A DNA stretch of 64,000 bases, from positions 30,810,678 to 30,874,677 of the forward strand of contig NC_068984.1 of the NCBI RefSeq assembly GCF_001194135.2. Reading direction: 5' to 3'. Position numbers and translations under genes: made by a program. The DNA comes from Octopus bimaculoides (Eukaryota). The first letter of the stretch is position 1. Every line of letters begins with the position of its first letter. Shown in pieces: positions 27,591 through 41,420 of this stretch. Below the pieces are notes generated by a model. That model saw nothing but the letters and a program-made list of their open reading frames with translations. It searched no databases and was not told the DNA's origin.

Positions 27591-28364
27591 AAGGAAGGAG
27601 CAGGCTCCTTATTTTTAAGGATTCTTACAGGATAGAAGATATATTTTCCATAATCTGGCTCCCAATTTAAATAAGTCGAAGTTACTTTAGTAGCTGTTTT
27701 GATAATCTGTCGAGGACACATATGACAATAAAAATATGATTCATTCAACCAACTAAAAATAGCAGCCAAGTTTTCTTCAAATCATAACCTACTGTTAAGG
27801 ATAACATTAGATAATGTTGTCCCAGATAAATCATATCTTAAAAGTTTATATGATGGTTAATACAGGAAAAATTTTAAACATTGGTCTGCTCAGTTATAGT
27901 TGACTTTCATCTTAACAACAACGGGAATAACATTTGAATGCTATAGAGGTTTGTCTTGCATTCTTTTTCATTTCATCATCATGTATGTAACTAGAAAATA
28001 TATGCAGCATTTGGCTTTACATTGCAACCAAAAGTAAGAGATCCATTCATACTTTATTACTCTGCTTCATTTTATAATCACATGAGAAGAAGCATCAAAA
28101 TGACTTTCTGTGCTACTACTTCAAATCCTCCCTGAATAAACCAAAATTACAGCTATCTCCTTACTAGTTTTGATTAATAATTATCATGGGATATTACATT
28201 ATTGATTTGTTATTCATGACTAAGTACCTTGTTTTGATCTTTTGAAATATATAATAAATGCAGATTAAAATATTTTTTTCAATGGCAGAAATAGTGATAC
28301 ACTGAAATTTCTATTTGCTGTAAATTCTTCCCACATCTCACATTCAAGTTGAGTCACCAAGTTC

Positions 28365-28533
28365 ATATTCGTTTAGGGCAAGTTGTTTTACACCTATTAC
28401 ACTATTTTTCTTTTGTTTTTTGCTCAGGTCCTCCTCCCCCCATTCGCGAGCACACATTTTTTTTCAAATTCGTTTAGGGCAAGTTGTTTTGCACATATTA
28501 CACTATTTTTCTTTTGTTTTTTTGGCTCGGGTC
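28365..28533. repeat. Two imperfect direct repeats of about 65 bp
   Basis: attcgtttagggcaagttgtttt.cac.tattacactatttttcttttgtttttt.gctc.ggtc occurs twice with a spacer of about 35 nt. Confidence 0.9.
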
Positions 28534-31184
28534 AAACGCATTAGTTTAACCAATAATTCCTCATCTCTTAAATATTGAACTGTATGTGTCTGTTTAGTTT
28601 TGTTTTGCTTCTGGTATTACTTAAGTATTTTTGCTGTTGTGTAGAATATGTACCCTGTAAGTTGTTGTGTAGTAATTGTGTTGTATATATATATTAAATG
28701 TTAAATGATGATCATGTAAAATATATACTGAGTGGGTTGTGTAATATCATAAGGTTGTCAGTTGCATGTGTGTTGCATGAATGGTGCAATTGTGCATTTG
28801 CGGGTTGCACAACTGAATTTAAAATATATGATATAAGATGTGGGTTGTGCTTAGCAGGGGATATTTTGTGGGCAATGTATCAATTTGGAAGTCCTGCTTT
28901 TTGTTCCTATTCTTTTTTATCCTACCTGATGTTTCAATTATTATTCATACTGTTTTTAATATTATGCATCACATGTTGTCTATTTCAGTTTCAAGATCGT
29001 TGTATTTGGAAGTTCCTTGACCTTATTTTGGGCAACTTTATGGTGAAAAGAGATGAAATATCTTTAGCAGAGACTAGTTTGTTGCAAGTAACTAGATATG
29101 GTCTTTGGTCTGAGGAGACATTCTACCTTCATTTTGCCAGTCAAGGAACTCTTGAAAGAGTCTTTGGTGCAATCCATCTTGCTCCCTTTAAATCAGTGAA
29201 AGGAAACCTTTATAAAAAAAAAAATTATGTGATACCATCAACAAAAATGCTAATGCAGATAGGAAGAAATATGATAAGGACATTGCTTGGAATATTTTTA
29301 GCTTCATAAATGTTTCTCATGCTTTTAACAAGTTCATTTTACTAATTGTATTTCTTTCTAGACACTTTGTCCTGTTATGTTACATATGCTTATTTTATAA
29401 CTGGTTATGTCTTTGCTATCAGATTCTATGTAAGACAATCTTTGACACTTAATCTATTTCCATTTGTTTTGTTATCAGTTTGCTGGCTCAGATTATTTCT
29501 TTTGATTTCTCCATTATTCTACCTTATTTTGTTTTATTTTTGTTCTCCCAATTCTGTGTTGCCCTTATTTTTATTTATTGTTTTCTTTGTCATGATTTTA
29601 TTCTTAATTATTCTCTTTATCCTTGTTCTCATTTTCTTAACTTTTCTGGTTTTGTTTTCATTTTTCTTTTCTTTTTAACTGTACTTTTCAAATTTCCTGA
29701 GGGAGAGCATTTTTTTCATCTAATTGTCTTTACATTTTATTTTATTTTTTTTCCATTCTTACTTTCATTATTTCCTTTGGGTTTTTAATACATTTTCTTC
29801 AATTTATTTGTCTGTTTTATTATTTTTCACATGCATCGATTTTATCGTTTTGGTTTACCTTCATATTCCTTTCTGTGTTAGCCATTTTTATCTTTTTCGG
29901 TTTCTTTTCATTTTAACTGGCAGAAACCAGAGTGTCTGAAACAGAAGAGCACTGATTAAATGTCAACTATTTAGTTTAGTTTTATGCTTTCTATTCTCAT
30001 ACAACCAGGGGTCAATAGTGAAAATATTAGGTATTTATTGGGGTTTTTCAGTCAACTATAAGCTTTCACTTCAAATGTGTTGCCATTTAACAATGTAAGA
30101 AATTATTTTTGTTGCAGTTGTTGCTATTATTATTACTGTAGCAGCAGCAGCAGCAGCAGAAGCAGCAGGAGTGGTATGTTTGTTTGCTAAAGAAAAAATC
30201 TTTGGAATCAGGATAATTACTTGCTGGCTTCGAGGAAGAAGTGTGTTATGTGAAGAAATTATCATTAATAGTGTGATGGAATTAGTCTCTTGACACTTTA
30301 GAAGTGAAAGCTGAAAAGGTTAAAAAAAAGTTAAGACGTATTGATAAATTTAAAGTGGAGGCCTATAACTATATGATATGGAGAATAAAATGCACTGATT
30401 CTTACATTGAAAACTCACTGATAGTATTTTATATCTCTTGTAGTTCACGTACATTATTATACTTTATTGTAATGTATTAGTTTTATAACTTTGTTTTGCA
30501 ATATCTTTAAGGACTTGTTAAATAAAATATATTTGTTTGATAAATCTTTATTTTACATTACCGTTGGGTATACTAACTTTTTGAAAATATTTACTTTCAG
30601 TTGCATTGTGATTTTTGCAAGATTGATTTTTCTATTTGTGATATGAAAGTAAATCAATGATATGTGCATCCCTTGTGAATTGGAAATGACTGTTGAAAAG
30701 CTTTGAAACATTTAACATTAACAGAATTTGAAAAATCACTGAAATTTCTGTTGCATGACCCCAGCGTGTATCTCTTTGAGTTTTTAAGATTTGACCTTTG
30801 AGAAATCTTTTAAATCTATTTCAGTCTTTCTTCAACTGAGTAAAGACGAAATGGAAAACAAAAATCTATCATATAAAGAACACTGGCATATTTTCAAAAT
30901 TTCATTGCAGAGATACGATACATTGTTTGTTAGAACAAATCAGAATTTTATAATTGTAGATTTTAATGTCAAACGTTTATCAAAAAGGAAAGAAAAAGAG
31001 AAATCAAGTTTATAAGAAATATAGTAGCTCATTGATGCAGCATCATTTAAAAGAGTTACAATTGCAATTTTAGAGTTTTATGATATATGATATAACCTTT
31101 TGTGTCTCTGGTGATAATAACACAGGCAACAATGGAATACTTACCTTCAGTACTCGTATTTTTGGTAGCACAAATCCACATAGC

Positions 31185-31405
31185 TAAATCCTGCCATGAG
31201 AAATATTGGTTTCAGATTTTGGTATAAGGCCAGGAATTTTGAAGGAGGGTGTGCTAGTCGATTACATCGACCCCAGTGTTCAACTGCTGTACTTAATTTA
31301 TCGACCCTCGAAAGGATGAAAGGCAAAGTCAACCTCATCAGAATCTAAACCCAGAACATGCAGACAGATGAGATGTCACTAAGCATTTTGCCTGGCATGC
31401 TAATG
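31185..31405 (-). mobile_element. SINE family B
   Basis: reverse complement of family B. Confidence 0.85.
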
Positions 31406-31703
31406 ATTCTGCCAGCTCATTGCCTTGTGCCATGAGAAATATTAAAATTTTCAGTCACCATATTTTGTAGAATGTTGCTTAACTTTAGGTTCTGCGATAT
31501 TAAATAGAAGATAAAAAAAACTTTTGCACTCAACCAGATGTTCTTCTGTCCCAGGCTGTTTTACTTAGATTTCTTTTCTGTTTCTTTTAATTAGTATCAA
31601 ACATTATTGGTTACAAATATCCATTAGGTTAATCACTGGTCCACGACTACATTTCTATAAGTTTGGAAAGTAAAGATTTCTGTGTAGTAAGTGAAACTTA
31701 AGT

Positions 31704-31739
<36 letters not shown>

Positions 31740-32189
31740 CAGGCTTCTGTAGAATCTCTATCCACCAAATTTTACACACAAGACATTGATCAGCATGAAG
31801 CTAAAGTAAGAGACACTTCCCCAAATGTTTCACCATGGGATTGAACCCAGAACCACTTGGTTACAAATAAAATGTTCTTAACCACACAGTTATGTCTGAA
31901 TCATTTGTTACAAAATTTATGCCACTTCATGTGTTCTCTAAACTGAAGAACTTCTATTTTACTGTTTGTGCAAATTTAACTCTTTCTTCTTTTTTTTTTA
32001 TCAGAAAATTTAAAAAGGAAGACAGTGACCATGACTTTTTACATGGACCCCAGGATTAGTGGGAGGGAAGAAGGAAGGTGCCCTTGGACTAAGGGCATGG
32101 TCTGAACAGTTACAGCAGAGAGGACTCTACTAAAGACACTTAAGATACCAGGTGGTGTTGTTAAAGAGGTGATGAATGAAGTCTGCTTC

Positions 32190-32830
32190 CCAGATGCCTA
32201 CTTGTATTGCTCTTAATGTTTACCTGTCTTTCTTCTGTTGCCTCCCCCTGTTACTTTCAATTTTTCTTCCTCTCTCTTTTTGGTGCTCTCTCTTTGTCTC
32301 AGTTATTTTGTTTCTCTCACTTCAGGTTTCTCTCTGTCTCTCACTCTTTCATGATACACTCAATTGGTCTCCTTCTCACTTTCTTTCTAATTTCTTCTCC
32401 TCCACCTCTTCTCTCTCACCCTTCACCTGTTTTTCTCTGAAATGTCTCACAGTCATCTTTCTGTCCTGAGCACTTGGTTCCTCAATCAATCCTGTTTCTT
32501 CATGCTACCATCACTCTTTCTTTCTATTTCCTTCTCTCTGTCTCTATCTCATGAATAGCATCTACTACACAGCATCTTCCTGTCTCTTTACTCTTCTCTT
32601 CATCTCACCACCCATACCTCTATTCTTTTTGATAGCTTTCTCTCCCCCCCTTTCCCTCCACCTCTTTCATTCAAGCACGATTTATCTATTCATTTATCCA
32701 AACCTTTCTCTCTTTCACCATATTTATTTATTGTTCTTCACTACTCTATCCTCTCTCTTTCTCTACTCTTATTAATTCTTACCATTTATCTCTCACACAC
32801 TCTCCCTCCCCCTCTCTCTTTCACATACAC
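32190..32830. repeat. Pyrimidine-rich (CT) low-complexity tract
   Basis: about 600 nt of C/T-biased plus strand ending in (CT)n(CA)n. Confidence 0.8.
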
Positions 32831-34230
32831 ATGCACACACGCACACATACACACACACACATGCACACACACACACACACACACACACAATCATATACAT
32901 ACAAACATTTGCTTCTATCCTTCTTTGCTGCTTTACATCATTCATATTTTCTCTATCATTGACATTCTCATTACTGTCAAATATAAATTCTAACATGTAT
33001 TCACCCTCCCCAACACTGCCACATTATGTTCAAACCAGGAGAAATACTTTTTAAAAAATTAAACAAACAAAATCCTCCATGAATATACTTATATTTACAT
33101 ATAGTCACATGTACATAGATGTATACATGCAACTATTTTATATACAAAATCCTGAAAATACATGAACCATGTGTGAGTTTGTACAAATCCACATAAATAC
33201 AATATACTTATGAATACATACATACTTCGTCACATGGCTCAGCATTGTCATACACGAATTTCTGAATGTGCATACATATGTATATAAACATGCATATATA
33301 CATCACAATTATTTTTTTCCCCAAAAGTTTGCTATTTCAGTTGTAAATATGTTTATCATATTTGTTCATTAATTGACCCAACTTCTTGTTAATATTATAT
33401 CTTTAAAACTAAAATATAGATATAAAATTGTTTAATTTATCATTTCACATTTTGTGAAATATTACTCCAGATTATTATACACTCAGCATTTTCTTTCTTT
33501 TGATTCTTCCATGAATATTCAAATAAATTCATAAAGAAGAACAGATTTATCATTCTTTCAAATTTAATACACACACATATATAGTTATATATATATATAT
33601 ATATATATATATNNNNNNNNNNNNNNNNNNNNNNNNNNNNNNNNNNNNNNNNNNNNNNNNNNNNNNNNNNNNNNNNNNNNNNNNNNNNNNNNNNNNNNNN
33701 NNNNNNNNNNNNNNNNNNNNNNNNNNNNNNNNNNNNNNNNNNNNNNNNNNNNNNNNNNNNNNNNNNNNNNNNNNNNNNNNNNNNNNNNNNNNNNNNNNNN
33801 NNNNNNNNNNNNNNNNNNNNNNNNNNNNNNNNNNNNNNNNNNNNNNNNNNNNNNNNNNNNNNNNNNNNNNNNNNNNNNNNNNNNNNNNNNNNNNNNNNNN
33901 NNNNNNNNNNNNNNNNNNNNNNNNNNNNNNNNNNNNNNNNNNNNNNNNNNNNNNNNNNNNNNNNNNNNNNNNNNNNNNNNNNNNNNNNNNNNNNNNNNNN
34001 NNNNNNNNNNNNNNNNNNNNNNNNNNNNNNNNNNNNNNNNNNNNNNNNNNNNNNNNNNNNNNNNNNNNNNNNNNNNNNNNNNNNNNNNNNNNNNNNNNNN
34101 NNNNNNNNNNNNNNNNNNNNNNNNNNNNNNNNNNNNNNNNNNNNNNNNNNNNNNNNNNNNNNNNNNNNNNNNNNNNNNNNNNNNNNNNNNNNNNNNNNNN
34201 NNNNNNNNNNNNNNNNNNNNNNNNNNNNNN

Positions 34231-34309
<79 letters not shown>

Positions 34310-36619
34310 CAGCATATTATAATGACCTGCATATCTGCTGCAGTGACTACACACTGTTGCAAATGCAGTTTTGCCATATTCTTGGTGCAGCTTCATCAGG
34401 CTCCATCCATTTGGTCATTCTTGAAGTGAATGTATGTATAATATTGTTTGTGTAATAGCCTTATGGTGTACTTTCCAAAGCTCTCCTTTAGGCATTTGCT
34501 ACCAGATGCTATTATGTAGTAAAACCTCTCCTTTTACTGGATATACATGTGGAAATCTGCAAGTATACATGGAGTATATACAAAAAGAACATTTATACAA
34601 GAAGTTAGAATGAACAGGCTTTATTAAAAATCACTACAATTGTCTTGGTGCATCGTTATCAGGTGGTTATTGCTGAATGTTACATATACGCATTATTGCA
34701 TTAACATGACCCGACAATAGCTCTATATATGCATGTCTTCAGGTGAGTAGGATCCAAAGCAAATGTTCATAACATCTTAAAGTTTAGTACTTCTCTTTGA
34801 GGCTAGAAATTTCCTCACCTCAGCAGCTGATATTATTTGTGTCACAAATACAACTCACACAAAAGTTATTCTCACCTTTCTCAGATACTCAAGTTAAAAA
34901 TACTCTCGGACTCTATGTAAAAATTTGCCCTTGCACTGATTAGAAAATCTTCTCACATTGACATTCAACAACTACCAAGTATACCAACCTACTGGCTTTA
35001 CATTCTATAGTTTTTATTTCTAGTATAGCAATGGCTTTTCATCACTGAACTTCTGAGTTAAACAGCACACCAATCAAACCCTTCCTAGTTTCTTTGCTTC
35101 TAATAATTTCATCATCTTTATTGTTCCTCTTGCTTCAAATCCTTCACTAATGACTTTGCTTAATCATTTATCAACAGATTTGAAACCATCTAGATGTTAA
35201 TTTTGTTAACAATTTTCTCTATGGAAATAAATTTGCTGAAGCCTCAGCTAAACCATTAATCTCATTTGTCACCAGTCTGAGAAGCCTTCAAGTACTGTCT
35301 ACTGCTTCTTATCTTTGAACTAGAATGTAAAACATTAAATAGGTAATTGCATAGAGTGTGTATTATGCAAATACTTTGACATTATCAGGAATAACTGGTT
35401 CAAACTGTTTCTGAAAGAGTTGAAGTCATTACTTTGAGATATGACTTCATATAATGACTTTTAAAGTAAAGCAGACATCTCAGTGAGTAGCATTAAGAAT
35501 AAAATTTGCAAAGAATCTCCCTTCATTGAAAGGCATTTTTATAATCTATATAAAAATATATTTTAATAATATATTTTAATAATAGCATTTAATGTAATGG
35601 ATTGGAAGAATCATTAGTATCAGTCGAAGTGATTAGCAGTGTTTAGTTTTCAGATTTCTTATTCTGAGTTACACTCCAGGGGTGTGAACATTTACCTTAC
35701 CCAATGTTGAAAAAAAAAAAAAAAAACATATTAATCAGCTACTATGGTCAATTTAATTGACTGATACTGCAGTCTCTCAGGTTTCTTCACACAAGAGATT
35801 ATGCATGAAAATTTTAAATGAATTGTTTTCTGTGGATGCAAATGTTAACCTAACATGCCCAGTATTCTTTAGGGGAGAGTTTAATTCACCTATTGTTAAT
35901 TTGAAAGACATTAATGATGAAAAAATGTCATACTAATCATATAGTGAATTTCATATGTGGTATATCCATCATTGTGCTCAATGCATCATCAATTGAAGCA
36001 GTCTATGAAAATATTACAGGTGTAAATACAGCCAAAATTTCATGATGTATACATTAGCCATTCAGAAAAATAGAATTACCAGATAGAGCAGATATTCTAT
36101 ATGCCAGGAATAGAATGTATTAAACAAAAGAATATTGCATGCATCCGAGAGATGGAAAAGTAAACTTATTACCATAGGAGAGAAATCAAACAGAAAAAGA
36201 AGAGATCAGATTTCTTTGATTTGGCACAAAATGTTTATAGGAGAAGGTTATTGTCTGTCTGATTGGCTAATTTTAATGGTACTATATCAGGCAAAAGATA
36301 AATATCAATTTTGAAGAATTACTTAGGAATACGGAAGTAAGCACTTTAAGGCTTTAGTTTGACACTCATATCATATCTCTCAAGTCAGAATTACTAAAGA
36401 AATCATGAAATCGATAAATCTATCCATCACTAAAGAAACAAAACATTTTATAATTAATATTATAGTATTTTTCACACATCTCTTGAACACTCACAAACTA
36501 TTATACCTTAACAAGATCTAATAAATTTAACTACAGTTTAATAATTGAATAGTTAATTCAACCAAACCATATACCTATATACTTTGAATTGTGTAACAAG
36601 ATGATAGTAAATGAGACTT

Positions 36620-36752
36620 CAAATTACGCCAAGGTTGACTTTACGTTTCATCCTTTTGGGGTCGATAAATTAAGTACAAATTGCATACTGGGGTCGATTT
36701 AATCGACTGGCCCCCTCCCTAAACATTTTGGGCCTTGTGCCTACAGTAGAAA
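36620..36752 (+). mobile_element. SINE family B, 3' part
   Basis: close match, CpGs retained. Confidence 0.8.
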
Positions 36753-37637
36753 AGTATATATATGTAACCGAGTACTTTAGTTGGTATAGAGAGTCAAGCA
36801 TTGATTATAATTTCATTATGACTTTTTTTCTTAATTTTTGAGATAACTAAATTATCTGTTTTATTTTAGAAAACTCATTTTATTATTTATAAACCATGAA
36901 TTTGTAAAATGTTTACTTCAGTACTTTATTGGAATAATGACAATACTAGAACCATTTAACCAGCCTGGTAACATATGTTTAAAAATTGTTTGCAAAATAA
37001 ATTGTATGCATTTTTTATAAATTTTAAATTGATTATTGGTGACAATATTTTGAAAGAACTATTCCACTGGTTGCACAATCATTTTCAACAATAAATTGTA
37101 CCAATAGCTTGTTAAATAAGATGGAAGACATCTGGCTGAACAGGCATTAGTTCATATCCTCTTATTATGAATCTGTTGCTTCTAAAGTCAATTTATCATC
37201 TGTTGTATACAGACACATTGGATGATAAATTATTTTACAAACATATGGTGTGTGAATACTATACACGATTCATAAAAGGGACATAAAAGAACCCTGATGT
37301 GTTAATAGCAATGTAGTGGATTCCTTTAGCGTGAGACCTAATCTGCTATCAAGTACCATCAGCAGACTTCGTTTTGTATCAAGAATTTGGATCATGTTTC
37401 TGATCTTAGGATTAACCATGGTGCTTTTCTTCCTTTGATTAAGCTATAAAATAATGTAAAGTTACAACTGACTGATATGATTGACAACTGTAAAGAATAG
37501 GTGCATTGCATGATTAACTGTATTGTGTTAACTTCCATTGCTGATTTCTGTTATGGATCCTGAAAAGGCAGTGGAAAATAGAAATAATTTATTTTATGTT
37601 TCAACAAAGAAAATCCAGCAAATGCTCTTTTAACTAG

Positions 37638-37707
37638 ATTCTCATAACTTAATGATCAATAGAGATACTTTTCACATGATTCTTCAATTACTTTGTGAAA
37701 TTATAAG
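37638..37707 (+). CDS. Candidate internal exon (D-SHNLMINRDTFHMILQLLCEII)
   Basis: acceptor gctcttttaactAG, donor AG|GTAAGA, open frame. Confidence 0.25.
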
Positions 37708-38626
37708 GTAAGAATGGGATAGAAGATATCCAAGTGACAGTGCACAAGGTCTAACTCAATGATGCACAACATGGACCAGTTGGACAACTTATGGTTGATA
37801 AAAGTTATGAGCAAACTGTAACACATGGAACTTTTTGAACAGCATGCCTAACAAACAATTACTTTGAAAACTTTAGTCGAGTGTCCCATGAACCATGGTT
37901 CATGAGGCCCACACCTTGAAAATATTTGGCTATACCTAGTGAATATTTAACTTTTGGTGGTTCATGGTGAGTTTTATAACTTACTGAGTTACATAATGTA
38001 ATTAAGAATAAATGTATATTTGGTGATCCACAAAGTTTTCCTTATGAATTTTGTGGATCACTGTCCCAAAAAGTTTGTCCATTAGTTATTGTTATAACTG
38101 CTTCCTATTTTAACAACGACAGTTGTAAGGATTAAGATTATAGCTTAGAAGTAAATATAAACTTTGAGACTTCAGACAGGATTTAAAAATTGCCAAATTG
38201 AAGACCATCCTAAGGTTACACAATCTACCTGCAATTAGAGCTTTCATATATATATATATAGTTTAAAACTTTAGAATAGAAGAAAGATATTTGTTCAGAC
38301 CAGATATTGATATGTTGTGAGACATTTAAACACATATATGCACCCATGTGTGTGTAAAGTGACTTGGAATTTTTTTTTTTATGATAGAGGATTATAATAA
38401 AGATTAAGAATTATGTTTCAGAGATATAGAGGCTATTATATAAAATATTACTTCAAAGAGAGCATTACATTTATACAAATGTGTGTGTACATGAGCTCAC
38501 ATAATTATATGCATTTCTGTGTGTGCAAGTATTTATAAGTCGTTCTTTTAAGATTATGGAGGTAACATCATTGATTCCAAATAGAGAGCATTTTGTGTAA
38601 ACCATTACTCTGATAATGATGATGAA

Positions 38627-38687
<61 letters not shown>

Positions 38688-39213
38688 GTAATAATAGTAA
38701 TAATAATGATAGTTATAATAATTCCTTATATTTCTCTATGCTCAGAAGGACTTATGATTTTGGCTTGTCTACATATTGAATATGAAGAAATCAGCTTCAA
38801 AGAATTCAGCTGGTTATCTAATCTGAAGAACCTGTGTAAGTATGTTATAAATGATCTTCTGAGTATTGACAAAGAAAATAACATATAAACATATGTGTTT
38901 ATACACACATGCATGCATACATACAAATATATATATGTATATATATATATATATATATNNNNNNNNNNNNNNNNNNNNNNNNNNNNNNNNNNNNNNNNNN
39001 NNNNNNNNNNNNNNNNNNNNNNNNNNNNNNNNNNNNNNNNNNNNNNNNNNNNNNNNNNNNNNNNNNNNNNNNNNNNNNNNNNNNNNNNNNNNNNNNNNNN
39101 NNNNNNNNNNNNNNNNNNNNNNNNNNNNNNNNNNNNNNNNNNNNNNNNNNNNNNNNNNNNNNNNNNNNNNNNNNNNNNNNNNNNNNNNNNNNNNNNNNCA
39201 TATATGTATATGC

Positions 39214-39244
<31 letters not shown>

Positions 39245-39956
39245 TGTATGTATGTATATGTAAGATAAATGAATAGAACAATACCAGAAACATTCTGCTC
39301 GTAGTTGAGGGTTTCTTGGCACTGACCTAGATGGAGATTAAAAGAATTGTCATTCAGAAGAATTTATATTGTTACAGTTAGATTCTAAGTTATGTATTGT
39401 TGTCATTTTATGTTTTTGCCTATTATTATAATTTTTTAATTTTGTTTTTGTTTAGTTTTGTTTTGTTCATATTTCCGACAATATTTTGAATGATTTGAAA
39501 TATACAGATATAATGGAATGGATTTCTTCATTGGACCAAAATACTCTTGAGCTGAGCAAAAGCTATTTAATGTCATCATTTCCATAATCTACTTGTCTGA
39601 ATACACTAGGCAGTAGAGAGTTTAATGAATTAAAAAAGAAATACTTTGGTTCACTACACAATAATATACATCGCAGCAATCTGGAAAGAATATTAGCTAT
39701 TTTTTCTGAATAATGTTTCTGCAATCATTCTTTAAAATAGTTTTTACGTTGTTGTTTTGGAAATCTTTTTAGCTTTTATTTACGTAATTGGTACATACAT
39801 TCATAGAAGCTGATACTCACGTATATTTTTACATGTGCATGAACAAACATAATACACACATTGGAACAACTTCGAGCATTTATGCAGATATGAAAAAATC
39901 AGATATATGCACTGTATGTGCATAAATGTGCACAGGTATTGGTACATACAAGTCCA

Positions 39957-39994
<38 letters not shown>

Positions 39995-40531
39995 GAAAAA
40001 ACACATTCCTCTGTGTGTGTATGTATCAATATTGAAAGCACTATGTACATACAAATGTTGATGTATGTACTTGCATACTGCTCACAAAGGCTTAGCTATA
40101 ATTTAAGCAAAAAATGTCAGACATAGCCACATGAAATCGTGACTACTTTAGCTTTTATGTATAATGATTTTATAGCTGAGTTTAGAAGTTAGTAAGGTGC
40201 CAGAGACCAATTACCAGTTGGAGTAGTATGCTCTGACAGCTACAAGTGAAAGAAATAAAAACATATATATTATCAATATCCAAGTTTTACAGACACTATT
40301 TACTATCAATATCAAATTCATTTTTTATTAACAGTTGCTGTGGTTGTTGAACTCCAGATTAACCCTGTTTTCATAGATCCCTGATGAAAACATTCTGGTC
40401 AATGCTGTCTCATATTTCAATGTTCAACTACATTGTCAAAAGCATCCTTCCTTTTTTAAAGGCACTAAATTGTAATTTGTAGTAATTTGTCTATTATTTC
40501 TTGCAAGTGACTATACAAGAAGCTTATGTAG

Positions 40532-41420
40532 TACTAGCTGAGGTACTCGGTAATACCCGGGAGTGGGGATATTCTTAGTACCCATTACAGTGCCTAATTT
40601 CTCTCAGATGAAAAAATGAAATCAAGACATAGGACAGATAATAGAAGGCATAAGAAAATTCATTCATGAAACTAATACAAATAAATACGTGTGGAATCAG
40701 AAAATAGCAATCATTTGGTCAGATGAGAGGAAAGCGGCAAATATATAATCAGTGGAAACATCTAGAAGGGAACTGTAAAAGAGTGCTATGAAAAAAAGAA
40801 CATAAAATTTTGAGAGAAAATATTTAGAAATATTTAGAGAAAAGAGATTTTAAGCTTACAAAAATGACTGGAGTGCAGAGGTGGCAACGTGGTGGTCATA
40901 AAAGTCGTAAGATGCTATGAGGAGGAAAAACGAGCATACAAAAATGATGATTTTCCTCATTTTGGGGCAAATTCTCCTGCAACCCGAGAGAAAATTTTAA
41001 GTGCACATGCACTTAATTGATGACTGTGTTTCATGGGTAATCTTCCACTGATCATGAGAATCAAATATCAATGGCAACGGTTAGAATCGATGGTTTTAAG
41101 TGAAGGAGTAAAGGAAGTACATGTTACATGTTTTAGCACACAACATCACAATGTTCAGAAGCGATAATTTTAAGTGTAGGTGTTAAGAAAATACATGTTA
41201 CAGCAACCTGAGAATGCTGAAATAATTGATGAACATTTTAACCCCACAACAATTTAGGCCAAATTTGTTCATCAGTTAATCAAAAATCATCTTAGGTTTT
41301 GCTTGAGTGGCCTAGGTAAAATTTTATTTGTTTCAACCCATCCTTACTGCATATTCCATCTGTGCATAAAATTTCAAGAAAATCGGTTGAAAACTTTAAA
41401 AGTTATGGCAGATCAGATTA
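40532..41420. mobile_element. Possible non-autonomous Helitron/Helentron-like element
   Basis: actagctg..tactcggtaatacccggga terminal hairpin; aaatttcaagaaaatcggttgaaaactttaaaagttatgg resembles HINE/DINE-like cores; right boundary unclear. Confidence 0.35.

Noticed and set aside
28365-28533. CRISPR-like repeat-spacer
   Set aside because: Only two 65-bp units in eukaryotic DNA, with no cas genes.
28845-28885. Possible gag CCHC knuckle (CGLC..RGY)
   Set aside because: Requires a frameshift and loss of both the His and the last Cys; no LTR or pol context.
34356-34404. Third hammerhead-like string on the minus strand (GGAGC-CTGATGA-AGC...GC-AAAAC-TGCA-TTT-GC)
   Set aside because: Needs two core substitutions and has only a 2-bp stem I; too decayed to support.
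34663-34742. Plus-strand segment with a perfect AG|GTGAGT donor
   Set aside because: Stops in all three frames; at most a non-coding exon.
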